From Pseudovirgaria hyperparasitica (Eukaryota): 64,000 bases of DNA. Positions 49,841-62,381 of this stretch are shown here, piece after piece; the stretch's first letter is position 1; each line of letters starts with the position of its first letter. The stretch is taken from the NCBI GenBank assembly GCA_010093815.1, contig ML996569.1; one strand, given 5' to 3'. The position numbers and the translations under genes were made by a program. The notes beneath the pieces were generated by a model. The model searched no databases, was not told where the DNA came from, and saw only the letters and a program-made list of their open reading frames with translations.

Positions 49841-52487
49841 TCAGTGATGTCGGCCTGTAGCTGTAGCTACAGGAGCTGGTGCCGGAAGTCGTGCAGCGGC
49901 AGGGTGATTTTGCCCAGGTAAAGAGAACTTGGGTGGTGGGATCGAAGCGGGCGGTGGTGGCTTTGGTGGCAGATGGGAAGGTGTGCCCCATTTTGCAATA
50001 CTACTCTCATTCGATGTGAGCGACTGAGCACTATGGTTTGGTCCAGTAGGGACATTGGACGCTTGTGTCATGGACGAGGTTGATGCAGGCTGCGGTAGCA
50101 TGCTAGGCCGACTGCCATTGCTTGGTTTCACCGTGCTAGGAATATTTTGCAGGAAATGCGGTGAAGCGAATGCACTTGACTGCTGAGACTGAGGAGGACT
50201 TGGTCGTGCCACATGACCTTGTGAAGACATCGCATACGACTGGCTCGGATAGCTATGCATTGCAGGTGGTGTCATCTGAGCGTGCTGAGCTTGCATTGAG
50301 AAAGAAGCTCTGCCCCCAGGGATGAATGCTTGGATCTGAGGGTTGAATTGATTACGGTTGTAGCTGCCAGGGAGCGGGTGCTGATTTTTATTTTGCTTTC
50401 CGTTGGCGAGAGAAGGTGCAGGCAGCTGTCCATACGCATAGTTGCTTTGGTAGCTCGCCTGATTCATGGGAGATCCTTGTGGCTGATATTGGTTCTGGGA
50501 GGGCTGATAGCTTGACTGATGTGGCATTGTCGTCCAGTTCTGGGCCATGGACTGCTGTGGATGATGCTGAAGTGCATGATGAGCTTGATATCCGCCCATA
50601 AGGACCGGGCTAGCTTTCGGCATCTGTGGCGTGATGTTAGGTGCCGACTGAAAGGATTGCATACCCCTTTGGAATTCTGCACTCAGGTCGTAGCCCATCG
50701 GTTGACTAACACCATAGTTTAAAGGCTGACCCTGTTGATAGACTTGGCCCTGCCAGACATATGGCTGAGAGGCCTCCTGCTGCATTTGATAGCCATTTTC
50801 GTAGGTCATAGGCTGCTGCACATGTTGGGGCATCATAGAATATTGATGCTGCGGTATACCGTTGGAAGCATATTGTCCGTAAAGTATGCTGCTGCTGTCT
50901 GGTTGATAGGAGGCCGCTGCAGGGTATGCCTGTGGTGGATAGGCATTAAAATGAGCACGTGACTCAAATTCTTCATCGTCATAGTTGCGACTCTTCTTTT
51001 TCGTCTTCTTCCCAGATGCGGAGCTGGAGCGCGAGGTATCATTCTCGTCAGCCTTCACGCCTTCGGCTTGTTCAACAGCATCAGCCGCTTGGCCAAATAT
51101 GCGCTGTCTCACTTCATTATATTTTGCCATTCTGACTTCATGCGACGACGGTTGTTTGCCTTTCCCATCGCTGTCTCCATCGCTTCCCACTGAGGTCGCG
51201 TTTGAGGGCCCATCAGAGTTTGCTGTAGTGTTCGTACCAGACGTTGCTTTTCCGTCTTCACCACGCCGCATTATTTTACGTGTCGGTGCATCAATCGGCG
51301 GGGTATTTACGACTCCATTGTTGGATGAGAAACTCAATAGAGGCGGTGGAATCCTGCAGTATTCAGTCTTCGAGACCCTTACGCCGGTCATTGACTCGTC
51401 AACTGTGTGAGCAAGAATGTAGTAGTCTGCAAGCTTATGTGCAAGCATCCGATAGAAAGCATTGCAACTCGGTAGAGACAGCTGGCATTCCTTCGGATCC
51501 TTGACGAAATCGATCAGGTCTTGCTCTAGCTTCAGGACCCAAACGCGATCACGTTGAGATTCTAAAGCTTCCAGAAGCTTTTCGTCTGGTAGTGGACCTG
51601 TATGACCGTAATCCGCACGCAAGCCGTTATTCAAGGTCATATGTGCAGATACTGACGGCGCAGCCGCGCTGAGAGGGCGACTATTCACAAACTGCGTACC
51701 ATTAGGCACAATTCCAGGAGGCAGTCTTCCTGGTGGTGCTCCACGAAGTGCTGCAGGACCGAGCGTTCCGATTTCGCGCAACTGCTCGCTGAAGGCCCTC
51801 GCTGCACCCACATCCGACCCCATCCTCGAGTCCGCAGCAGTAGATCCGGGAGGAGAATTGCCATCTTCATCAGCAGCTCTGAGGCTTGCGCTATCATCGG
51901 GTCGAAGGGACTCTTTTTCATCAAGGGCAAAGGTAGTGCCGGAAGCTACGCTCTTGCCATCCAGGCTTGGCGGTTTTGCTGAATCGCCAGATGATGAAAG
52001 TCGAGTAGAGACTTCTTCAACAGTCGGCTGTCTGCCGCTCATAGATCTCGCAGGTTGGCTAGGATCGATGCGGCGCTGTACAATGGAGGTGGTGGCAATT
52101 GAGTTACCTGTTGTTGACCATTGCTCGCTATGAAGCTCAAAGTCTTCAGGTTTGGCAAGAATAGTCTGTCGACGTTCGCTTGGGCTCTCGGTCGAGTCTG
52201 TTGGATCTACTTCATCTTGAGGAGTGGTAGTGACAGCGTGTGTGGCAGAAGAGGAAATCGCGTGTTGAGGGTCAGATGTCGTGGTTGCATTAATTTCTTT
52301 TGTGATATGAGGTTTGTAAGATGACGATGCAACCTACAGCAGGTCAGATCCGGAGAAAAAATCTGCCTGAACGCGGCTCGAGAAAGAAAGCTACGTCAAA
52401 GAGATTACAACGACACGAACTCACTTTCGCAAAGGAAGGCTTATTGAGAGCCTGTTGCTCGACAGGTGGCGAAGCCATGGAAGCCAT
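49841..52487 (-). CDS. R3H and SUZ domain RNA-binding protein with Q/P-rich C-terminus (2 exons)
   Basis: Exon 1 52487-52425 (MASMASPP...KPSFAK), intron 52424-52334 (GTGAGT...CTGAC...TAG), exon 2 open to 49841; R3H motif CNAFYRMLAHKLADYY; SUZ-like KIMRR...RMAKYNEVRQRIF. Confidence 0.9.
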
Positions 52488-53307
52488 GTTGAAATGTAAG
52501 TCTCGTGCCTATACGAGCGCAACGAAGGATAGTCTACAATAGTCGTTGTGTAATCGTAGAGTGACCTGTCGCAAGAAGGCGCGGCGCGGGCGCAACGAGA
52601 GTAAGAAATGAAGAGTTGGTTGAAGATCGATTCTCAGGAGAGAGGCTGCTCAAGGAAAGCGTCGAGGGCTAGAGCCACAGAGCTGGACATGATTGAACTG
52701 ACACATAGGCCGTGGTCGTTGTTGGTGCGACGTTGTGTGCAGAGGTTGAGGGGTCGGTGGACGGGCAGACAGAGAGGGATGGAAAGTTGTGGGAAGGTTC
52801 TCAGGGCGCAGGGCTGACTTTAACAGACGACGAGCCACACGCGCAACCCACACAGCGCGTAGAGTCGATTTAGATGCCAGAAAGGTCAGCTGCAGATAGT
52901 TTGTTGGACGAGAATACTCGGTGTGATGTTACGGACAGAGTCGCCTTAGGAAGTTAAAGCGAGATGGGGGGACAGAGTGAAGATGGAGGACTGGGCCTTC
53001 AATCGATGTGTGGTGCGGTTTGGGATACAGATTTCGATCTGCCCAGCCGGACATTTCGATTGTTCCGAAGTTGAGCCGATGCAGCCTCCCATTGGTCTGC
53101 GAAATAGACCTCTCCGTTCTTCCTTCTGCTGTTCCAGGTTCCAGGTTCTATTAGGGCTAATTCATTCTCTCCAAGTCTGACTCTGACGGTCGGCCCGCAA
53201 GGCCTTTGCTCTGATCAACTGTACGATCTCGCTACTTGTCAACTTACGTCACTTGAAGTCAACTCTGTCATGAGCACGAACTTTTCTACAACACACGCAC
53301 GGCACTT

Positions 53308-54258
53308 ATGAAGCCATATCGTCCTCCAGGCCGCTCGCGTGCTGCCCCCAGCACCCTGTGCCAAAAATGCTTAAAACGAGGCCACTTTAGCTATGAATGT
53401 TCTGCAAAGGCTCAAGAGCGTCCATATGCAGCAAGACCGTCACGAACACAGCAGCTCTTCAATCCGACACTAGTCCCAGAGCTGACCAACGACGTACCGG
53501 CTGACCTGCTACCAAAGAAAGGTGTGGCTGATGAGCAGCTGGCAAAGAAAGAGTTGGAGCGCACAAGGAAACGATCCAGAGATGAAAGAGAGCGAAGGCA
53601 CCGCCGCAAACGGTCGCGTTCAATGTCCTCGCGCGCTTCGTCTGTCTCGACCATCTCAACAAACCGTTCGCGGTCACCGTCGCCGGAGCATACGTCAAAA
53701 CGAAAAAGATTGTCGGGTACAATGCCCAATGTCCATCTAGGCCGAGATGAACAGATGGGTGGGAAGAGAAGGAGAAGCCCGAGTATTTTATCGTCAGACT
53801 CGCAAGTCTCGCGGGTATCTGACGGCATGAAGGAGGTTCGCAATCACGACCGCAACACCAGAAGGCGACTCAGCTCATACAGTCCGTCACCCAGGGGCCG
53901 GCGCAGAAGGAGGGAGATGATCCACGACGATATGGAGCGTACACCCAGCAGAAGTCGGACACCGCCAAGGAGAAGATCACGCTCGCACTCAACACCACGA
54001 GGTCTGCGAGCACGGAGAAGCCCGTCGTTACGGTCTCGGTCACGCAGTCCCGTCTACGCGAATGGCAGTCGCGGTGGTGACTCTGTACCGGATAGGCCAG
54101 CTTTACGCAATGGTTTCGACCGACGACCAAGTTCACCTCCTTTACGAAAAGAACGAAGCCTTAGTCCTTTCAGCAAGAGACTGGCCATGACTAGAGCTAT
54201 GAATTCAGGGCAGGGAGATAATCGCATGAACCAAGTCCATCCCCCTCCATGGCGCTGA
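53308..54258 (+). CDS. Zinc-knuckle (CCHC) protein with Arg/Ser-rich tail (ZCCHC10/SREK1IP1-like)
   Basis: CQKCLKRGHFSYEC, RPYAARPSRTQQL, RS repeats, RERSLSPFSKRLA-type C-terminal motif. Confidence 0.88.
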   Translation: MKPYRPPGRSRAAPSTLCQKCLKRGHFSYECSAKAQERPYAARPSRTQQLFNPTLVPELTNDVPADLLPKKGVADEQLAKKELERTRKRSRDERERRHRRKRSRSMSSRASSVSTISTNRSRSPSPEHTSKRKRLSGTMPNVHLGRDEQMGGKRRRSPSILSSDSQVSRVSDGMKEVRNHDRNTRRRLSSYSPSPRGRRRRREMIHDDMERTPSRSRTPPRRRSRSHSTPRGLRARRSPSLRSRSRSPVYANGSRGGDSVPDRPALRNGFDRRPSSPPLRKERSLSPFSKRLAMTRAMNSGQGDNRMNQVHPPPWR

Positions 54259-55949
54259 TACTCACATTGGGCTAGCCCAAATTTGTATCATATGGTTCTT
54301 CGTGTATCGCCACATGAACTTCTCTTCATGAACCACAATCGTATGGAATCTGGAAGACAATTTGCCCACTGATCCCTTTACTCAAATATAGATCAGTTTT
54401 CCCGTGTCGTCATTTCAGGTTGAGAAAAGGACAACATATTTCCTCTAATGGAGTCACTTCCCATAGAACCTGCTCTCATCAGGCCCCGGGACTACCCATC
54501 TGAGTCGATTCGGTACTTTCGCTTATGCTGCAGCGAAGCCATAGAGGCAATATAACCGAGTTAGGCATCTGGGCGCAGGCGTTACGAGCAGAAAAAAGAA
54601 TTACAATGCGGCAAATGACAAAATCAAATTTTGCTATAGATTCCACAATCGTATCTGAGTTCTTCTTTTCCCGACGACTCGACGATTGCATCGAGTATCA
54701 AATCCTACGCTAAATTACTCCCTGGATGAGACGAACGAGTTCATAATTGAGGGGGACTAAAACGACTTTTCTGGTGAATCCAAGCGTAGTTTCATCATAC
54801 CACGCGTGCCATGTACCTAGATACCGTCCTTACAGTCTCTATAATCTGGCAGAACGTTTCCTGAAATTGCATCAAAGGCTCAAGTCGTATGAGGGCCCTA
54901 TACAGAGATATTGAATGGCTTCGGCGCGCTTCTTTGAGAAAGCTCTACTTGGGAAGGTTGTCGGTGCGAATGTGTTGCAACATCTGTTCTACGCTACGCG
55001 TGTACAGGCTCGATTGAAAACAATAAGTTACAGTGGTCCTTCTAGGTATATTCTTGGATATTTAATGCTAAGATGCTGGTTCTGCGAAGTTTAAACGTGC
55101 ACAAAATGCTGGAAGTGATTCTGGACAAGATATTCAATCAAATTCGAAGAACGAAGCGGATTGACAACTTTTAATGCATGACTGTGAGCAAACATGTCAC
55201 GATCGACCCTTGTTCAATTACCCCGACATCTTCATTCGCATCTTTTAGTTTACCCACTAAATACATAAAGATGTGTCCATCCTAAGTCTTACGATTGCAA
55301 AAAGGTCATCAGTAATCAGTCATGGCGAGTGAGGCTAGGAGCAACTTGGCAATCAAAAGCCACAATTGACCGCAGTATTCAGTGAGAGAGCTTAGGACTC
55401 GGGCACTGAGCATGTATGAGTAAAACAGCATGAGCGCTGTAAGTGATATACTGGAAGGGTTCGCTATTATCTGCCATCCATGCAAGCTTTATAGTTCTCC
55501 AGACATATCCTCACCGGTGGTACATTCGTTCGAATGGGATCCTGTGCCAGAGATTACTGGATGAAACCCTATTTCGACGTATATTAGGCGCCGTACCAGA
55601 ATTCAAGAGTCCAGGGTGGGTATGCTTGCAGAAGTGACGGCTCTTTTACAGTCACGTATCTATCACTTAGTTGCCCAGAAGGCATTCGCCGATGTAAGAG
55701 TGAACGAAGCTCATATTGTTTCACAGAAGTAAGTGGATTCAAAAAAACAGGTTCGAAAGCTGCGCGGTATACAAGGAGGTGATCCAATTTAGGGAAATAG
55801 GTTTCGATCTTCATTGCTTAAAAATAAACATATCTCATATATATCTGTTACACTTGTTTTACATGGATGTTGTACATCTATAAGAATCGCAGAATCAAAG
55901 AAGTTGCAACGAACGATGTCTACGGTGCTTAGGTGGTTTCGCCACACAA

Positions 55950-56609
55950 TTAGTCGCAGAAAACACTTGCGATGGACAGCCCTGCACCGACAACAGCGCC
56001 AGGAGTACCAGCCAGGCCAGCCACAGCAGATCCAATTCCCAGGATATCCGCGCAAACACCCTCCACCGGGTCTTTCTCGACGGCAATTCCCATGACGATG
56101 GCATACTCGGGCTTGTCAAACATGGCGATGGTGACGCTGGAAGGGATGGTCGCAACAGTCTTGCTGCCGCCCGCCGGGCCTTCGCCTGTGACGGTGTTCT
56201 TCTTCGTGGCACCTTTCAGAGCAGCCCGGAATGCATCGACCATGAGGTTCTCGGCCCAGGTCTCGTAGCCATTCGAGTTGAGGTTGATGGTGATTGTGGC
56301 CTTGTCGCCATTCTCGAGCACGGTATCAAGCTCGTAATCAGATGGCTTGCACTGTCTGATACCGGTTCCGTAGCAGTTTGCGGCAATTGCGTCCGTCACT
56401 TTGTTCAGGTCGATATCTCCAATCTCGAGGTTGTCGGGCTTGAACGCTACCGTGACTGCCATGTTGCCGCAACTGTTGTCTGCAACGCAGTCGGAGCACC
56501 AGGCGCCTGGTCGATCTGCACACTCGCCCCGGCGTGCGAGAGTGTTTGGAAGAGCCGCTGCGGTACTGAACGCGGCTAGGGAGCTGACAAGGAAGGCTTG
56601 AGTGAACAT
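55950..56609 (-). CDS. Small secreted cysteine-containing protein (219 aa, 8 Cys), unknown function
   Basis: Signal peptide MFTQAFLVSSLAAFSTAAA, propeptide ending LARR (Kex2-like site), coding-like codon usage, TATATAAG ~150 nt upstream. Confidence 0.85.
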   Translation of the reverse strand: MFTQAFLVSSLAAFSTAAALPNTLARRGECADRPGAWCSDCVADNSCGNMAVTVAFKPDNLEIGDIDLNKVTDAIAANCYGTGIRQCKPSDYELDTVLENGDKATITINLNSNGYETWAENLMVDAFRAALKGATKKNTVTGEGPAGGSKTVATIPSSVTIAMFDKPEYAIVMGIAVEKDPVEGVCADILGIGSAVAGLAGTPGAVVGAGLSIASVFCD

Positions 56610-58496
56610 TTTGTGCTGATTGATGCTTGGTGGTATGGTGTGAAGAGGGATGTGCAATAAGGTAGTAGAGTTGGTTTATAGTTCGTTCGTTTGTTTGGTT
56701 TTGGCTTCGAAGTGGATAGTTGTGAGTCTGAATGTTCATCTGATGGCAGTCAACGGGTCACTCTTATATACTTCATCAGGCATCTCCCTTTCCCCAGCTG
56801 CTCTTTGGCCTGAGCAAGAGTAAAACTTCCTCATTGCATGAAGAACTCCATCAGCCCGCAACAACCAACATGACGATCAAATTCCTCGTCGATCGCTCGT
56901 CATTGAGGTTGGAGGTATGTGATCTAACGGTTAGAATGGGTCCATAAGAAGAATGCTCGCACGAAATTCCTTTAGTGGGCAAGGTCGCACAACCTGGTCT
57001 AACAGGATGGCCAACCTTACTCTTGACGTACGCAAGAATCACGAAGAGAGCTTGATGAGCTGAGCGTAGCGAGCTTGGCGGCCTGCTCTGATTCAGGTCG
57101 TCATGAGTTTCACGGTTTATCGTCGCGCCTACGAGTCAATATCCAACGGTTGGCGGCTGTGGCTTGGCGGTCCCCTGCATAAATGGACCCCAAATGACGT
57201 TCTGCCAAGGTGTGGTTGGTGCGTTAAGGTTGATCGAACGATCTCGGAATCACTTAGCGAGAGGTCTCCTTAACCGATTGCGTATTAGCTCGATGGTCAA
57301 GTGCTCCTTTTGCCTGGTATATCCACATTATAATGCATCAATTCTATATTTGGCCTTAAGACAGAATTCTTCTTTCGCTGCACTACTATCGCAACATATG
57401 CCACCCTTGATCACGACGAAACCGTATATTCCTTCAGAGTACCTTCGTGGTTCTGGAGTCTCGAATCCTACATTCGACATAATAGATAGTTCCGAAACAG
57501 TACCTAGCTCCAGCCCTGTTCCAACTCCACTGTCTTATTATGCCAAGCTTCTGCTACTAGCTCAGACCCATCTCTATAGCATTCATCTCACGATGGCCCT
57601 GTCAGTGACGTCAATTCGTTTTCCTCAGGCCAGATTCCTGCAATCGTTGGCTCAGACTGCGTCCTGTATTTTTGCTTGTATAATTAGTCTGAAGGATACC
57701 TTTATTAGCATATCCGCGCTGATCAAACATAACTAAAAGCATACTATAGTCTTAGACCTTAGCGGTTCAGCTTACGCTCGTTATAGTGTACATGCTTGAC
57801 ATGGACGTGGCGTTACAGATCTGCAAGGCTTTAGTTTACCTCGCATCTTGGCCTTGCAACAACTTATGATGTTAGCATCAGCAGCGTATTTCAGATTCTT
57901 AATCTTCAGTGGACTCCTTCCGCGCTAAGTCAGATGATCTACTGAATCTGGGTAGTCTTACGGCAGTGATAAGCGGACCCACTCTATCTCTTGAATATAT
58001 GATCGTCGGCTAAGTAAAACATAGTCCAAAGTGCAAACCAAACCCTCCCTTTGTTGTTATTATTATCCAAACTGGGGCTATTATTGAATTCTAACAAAAG
58101 TTACATTTTTGGGGGGTCCATGACTCTGAGTGTCTTCTTGATCTTCCGAAGAAGATCAGCCCAATGACCGAGCTGTTATCCAACCTGCCGCATTGACATG
58201 GAATTAGCAATGTGTTGTGTTATGATGGTGATCATGGTGTTGTATTTCGTCATCATCATGGTTGTGCTGAAAATAGCCACTCACACAATCAAACACGCAA
58301 TAATGTAACAGGGAGAGTTGGAGAGTTATGTTTGGCTTCTAGTGAGTTCGAGATATATAATGCGAGTCTTGCTACCCTTAGTTCTGGCTTCATTCAGCTC
58401 AACTTCAACACTTTCCCAATCAACTTGAATACCCAGTACTCTATCATTCCCACCCGACAAACAACAATACTACAGACCAATCCCAACTTTACCACA

Positions 58497-59029
58497 ATGC
58501 ACCACATGAAGTTCCTCTCAGTCGCTGTAGCTGCTCTCATCAGCTCTACCTTCGCTGCGCCAGTAGCCCAGGAAGAAGTCGACCCAGTCGATGCTGCGCC
58601 GTTCAAGGGCGGCCAGTGTGGCGTTCACATCAAGCAAGATCGCCTGGAGAACGGAGTGGACTACTATCCCTACTTCAGGATGACCATGAGAGACGGCAGC
58701 GGCGAGGATGTCGGCGATGACTGCTCTACATACGTCGCCAACGTCGATGATCCAGACTTGGAGAAATACCCGGGCACTCTTACATGCCAACGAGGAGACT
58801 TCCCACACGGCGTTGAGTGTCAAATTGCGAATGACTCTAAGTCTTGTAAGCAGCTGCCTGTATACTCTGTCTTGGGTTTCACTGATCACTCTTAGGGCAT
58901 TGCACGTACCCAAGTCCTGAGGGACCATATACTTTTGGCTTCGAAGATGGCAAAGGCCAAGGATGTTCAGTTGGAAAGGTGGACGGAACATCGGGCACTC
59001 AAGACTTCGACTGTGGTTTCAACTGCTAA
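58497..59029 (+). CDS. Small secreted cysteine-rich protein (2 exons, 160 aa, 8 Cys) ending DFDCGFNC
   Basis: Signal peptide MKFLSVAVAALISSTFA; intron 58846-58895 (GTAAGC...CTGAT...TAG) restores frame WHCTYP...GCSVGKVDGTSGTQDFDCGFNC*; TATATAA ~58353. Confidence 0.88.
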
Positions 59030-59516
59030 ATTACTGTGGTGGACTTTGTATGATTATCTGACTCTTAAGACCTGCTTTTATGTACAATATATAAACGACC
59101 GGTGTATGAATAGATATATTGTCAATTGCTTATTTTCGAATTCGCAGTCTTTTTAGACATATCATGCCGATACATATGGCTGGCTCCCTCTCGTATCCAT
59201 GAAGCTGGTTTCGGACTCGTTATAAGTGCATCGTGCAAAGTCCTGTCACAAGCAGTGATAGAGTCTGTTCTGAGCAGTATACCTCTTGCATCGGATGTTT
59301 CACGGGCCTACCAGTGTGTTTGTTCACGACCTTATTAGCTAGAAACGAGGACCATGAGTAATGCCACGAGATAATGTCCCTGGTGATTTCTTTATCTCGC
59401 AACCTATCCACTGGTCTGCACAAAGAACATAACAGACTACCAAGTTGTTCACCATGTAGAGTTGTGTCGTCAACCCTTTTTCCAGACGACAGCTCTGACA
59501 TCACCTATTTGAGAGC

Positions 59517-60704
59517 TCATAATATCCAGGACTCCGGACCAACACTCAACATTCCAGTCTTCGGATGACACCCAATATACTCAAAATCTTGTTGCTCCTG
59601 CTGCAACACCAGAACCTCATTGAACAGCCTCAGGGTATAATCGTTGTCCAATTGCTTTACATACTTAAGAAACCCTCCAAATATCTCCCTGTCAACCAGT
59701 TAGCCGATTTCGTTGCAGATCTCTTTCTCACTCACATATGCGTCGGATGCTCCCGACTCCACTTCTCCAGACTTTCCATACTGTCAAAATATCCCAGTCC
59801 AAATGTCTTATCCGTCCCCGTAGTCAACTTCTCCGGGTCGAGCACAGTCATCAGCCTGTTTTCAAGACATCCAATCTCACCTCCTTCGTCGCGCAGAAAC
59901 CACATCCCCTTCTCGAGCACAGGATGCATAGTCTCGAGATACAGCTTGCGCTCCTCAGGCCTCGTATCTACCCGAACGATCAGCATATCAGGCAAGATTC
60001 ACACCCCAGCCTTTCGACTCACCAGACCAATCCTGCCCGGATCGTATCACGCACAGATTTCTCTGGCCCCGGACCCGGACCCGCCTCTCAGCCGTGTCTA
60101 CATCACCATCCGCCTCTCCCATATGTCCATCCCCCTTTCGCACCTCCCCTTCCAACGCATCCGTCTGTGCCACGGGCATCCGGTCACGCATACTGCCCCA
60201 ATACACATGCTCGCGCATCTCCCCACTCATGTCCTCGCGCATATGCGCCACGCCCTCAGGCACTACGCGGTCCGAAAACACAGTCTCGACACGGTCAATC
60301 GGTGGGGTGAAGACCTCTTTGAACCAGCCGACTGGACCGGGTTGCAGGTCGGCCCACCACGCCTCGAAGCCGCTCGCTGCAGACCATGCAGCGTGCGCGG
60401 TGCTGCTGTGCCAGTATGCGATGACGACGTGGGTTTGATAGCCGAGACTGTCGGTGCTAGAGGCGGTATCCCAATGTTCCGGGGCGGAAGTAAGGGTGGA
60501 ACGGATGAATTTGAGGAGAGGGTGGAGGGAGGAGGCAGGGAGGGATTTTGTTTGGGCGCCGTAAATGGCGATGACGAGATGCTTTGTAGATTGAGGGAAG
60601 CGGGCAGTATAAGCTGGAACGGGAGGTGTGTAGGATGGTGGAGTGTTGAGGGGTTGGGAGCGTGTGGTGCGGAGATGGGGTGGGATCGCAGCTTCAAGGG
60701 ACAT
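59517..60704 (-). CDS. oxd: Aldoxime dehydratase homologue (heme-containing Oxd family; 3 exons, 361 aa)
   Basis: LEAAIPPHL, RVETVFS, EHVYWGSMRDR, NLCVIRSGQDWS, LEKWSREHPTH, FEYIGCHPKTGML; introns 60022-59968 and 59735-59689 with GTGAGT donors and branch sites. Confidence 0.93.
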
Positions 60705-61314
60705 TATGTCTAGTGAGGTGTTCAGGGTTGTCGAATTACACTGAGGGTGTATCTATGGTGGTTTTGAAGTAAAAGCCTTGCTTTAGGTATACATCTTTCA
60801 GCGAGGATTGAGAAGATATATACGACTCAGATAACCTGCCGATTGCTTCGGAAATGTTCCGCTTGCCAATGCGATAGGCATATTTGTGGAGCTATCGTGA
60901 GACTAGACAGCGGGATTGATGGTTTAGCCAACCTTTCGATTTGTGTTGTGACATGGGGTAACGCCTGTAGTCGAGTTGACAGGTCTTGTTGCCGTAGTGT
61001 ATGTGCTAAAGGTAGTGACCTCGGGTACTGATATGGATGTCCTTACAGCCCTCGGGTACCCGTGATTCGCTCGACCTTAGCTTTCAACGGTGGACATGTA
61101 GTACACATTCCCCTGATTCAAGATCCTTCTTGTTGCCAGTCCAGAGTGGTTACTTGTATCGATCTTTTATGGGTTATCAAGAAAATGTGCACTTCCAAAC
61201 GCACAGGAGACATCACTAGCAAGAAAATAAGTGATTCAGTCTGAGGGCAGTCACACACACTATTGTTTAGCAATGGATTAGTGTACCCGCAACCTGGGTG
61301 TTATGCTTAGCTGC

Positions 61315-62381
61315 TTATACCTCATTAACAAACTTGTTTACAAGCGTCCCAATATAGGGCAGGATCTCAACACCAAACTCGTCGCCATGCTTCAGCGTTA
61401 TCTTCGGACTCCGCATTGCTCCGACGCCAGCCGGAGTACCGGTAATGACGATAGTCCCAGCTGGAAGCGTGGTCCCCTGAGATAAGAACGAGACAAGCTT
61501 GGGGATCGAAAAAATGAGGTCACTGAACAGAGCGTATTAGTTTGAATAATCTTGTGCGGAAAGCACTATTGAGAGAAGCATACTTGATACCACAGTCTTG
61601 CACAACTTTACCATTATGTAGTCCCCTCAAATGTAACTTCGCTGGATCGGGAACTAGATCTTTACTGACCACTACAGGGCCAATTGGGCAACTCTCATCA
61701 AATCCTTTCGAGTAACTCCATTGTGTTGTAGCAAATTGCGCACTGCGACTAGACACATCATTGGCGGCCGTGTATCCGAGGACGTAATTCATAGCATCTG
61801 CCTCCGACACATTTTTACATGATTTGGAGATTATGATTGTGAGTTCAGACTCGTAATCGCCCGTCATGGTGCTCTGAGTTTCGTGTGGGAGGGTCGTGAG
61901 CTGGGTTGGGTAAGGATTGGAGAGAGCGGTAGATGGCTTCATGAAGACTGTAGGCACGGTTGGAATGGTCATTCCGGCTTCCTCTGCGTGTTGCTTATAC
62001 TATATATTTTATAAGTCTCAAAATTCATATCCATGAAATAGGGGTGAATAACCTACGTTGAGACCAATGCAGCGAATCGTGCCAACCTCCTCTTGTGCTA
62101 AGGGACTAAGCAATTGCCCAACAACAGCTTCTTCAGTAGTCTCTTGGCCCGGAGAAAGCACTGACGACCCGCTCCAGATTCTTACTTGCACGACCTCATT
62201 CTTTGATACAGCTAGCCCTATATCTCGCTCAGCATCGAATGGTTGGCCGATCAAGGTTTTGCTTCGGTCGGATCTTGGGTGGAAGCGAAGGAGCCCTGCA
62301 CATCATCAGTGACTGGCTCCAAGGTCCGATGTCGAGCCATCGCAAAGCTAGCTGCACAGCAAACATACGTTGCCAGGCCAT
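61315..62381 (-). CDS. Fumarylacetoacetate hydrolase-family protein (4 exons, 291 aa)
   Basis: Exons 62381-62369, 62295-62057, 61999-61584, 61522-61315; IRCIGLNYKQHAEE, VFMKP, DYESEL, GYTAANDVSSR, SKGFDESCPIGP, ITGTPAGVG. Confidence 0.93.

Noticed and set aside
54300..55900. Possible decayed gene downstream of the zinc-knuckle gene (also ORF 57164-57736)
   Set aside because: No recognisable homology by eye in any frame
59565..60713. 382-aa plus-strand ORF
   Set aside because: Exact antisense shadow of the spliced Oxd gene with no recognisable motifs
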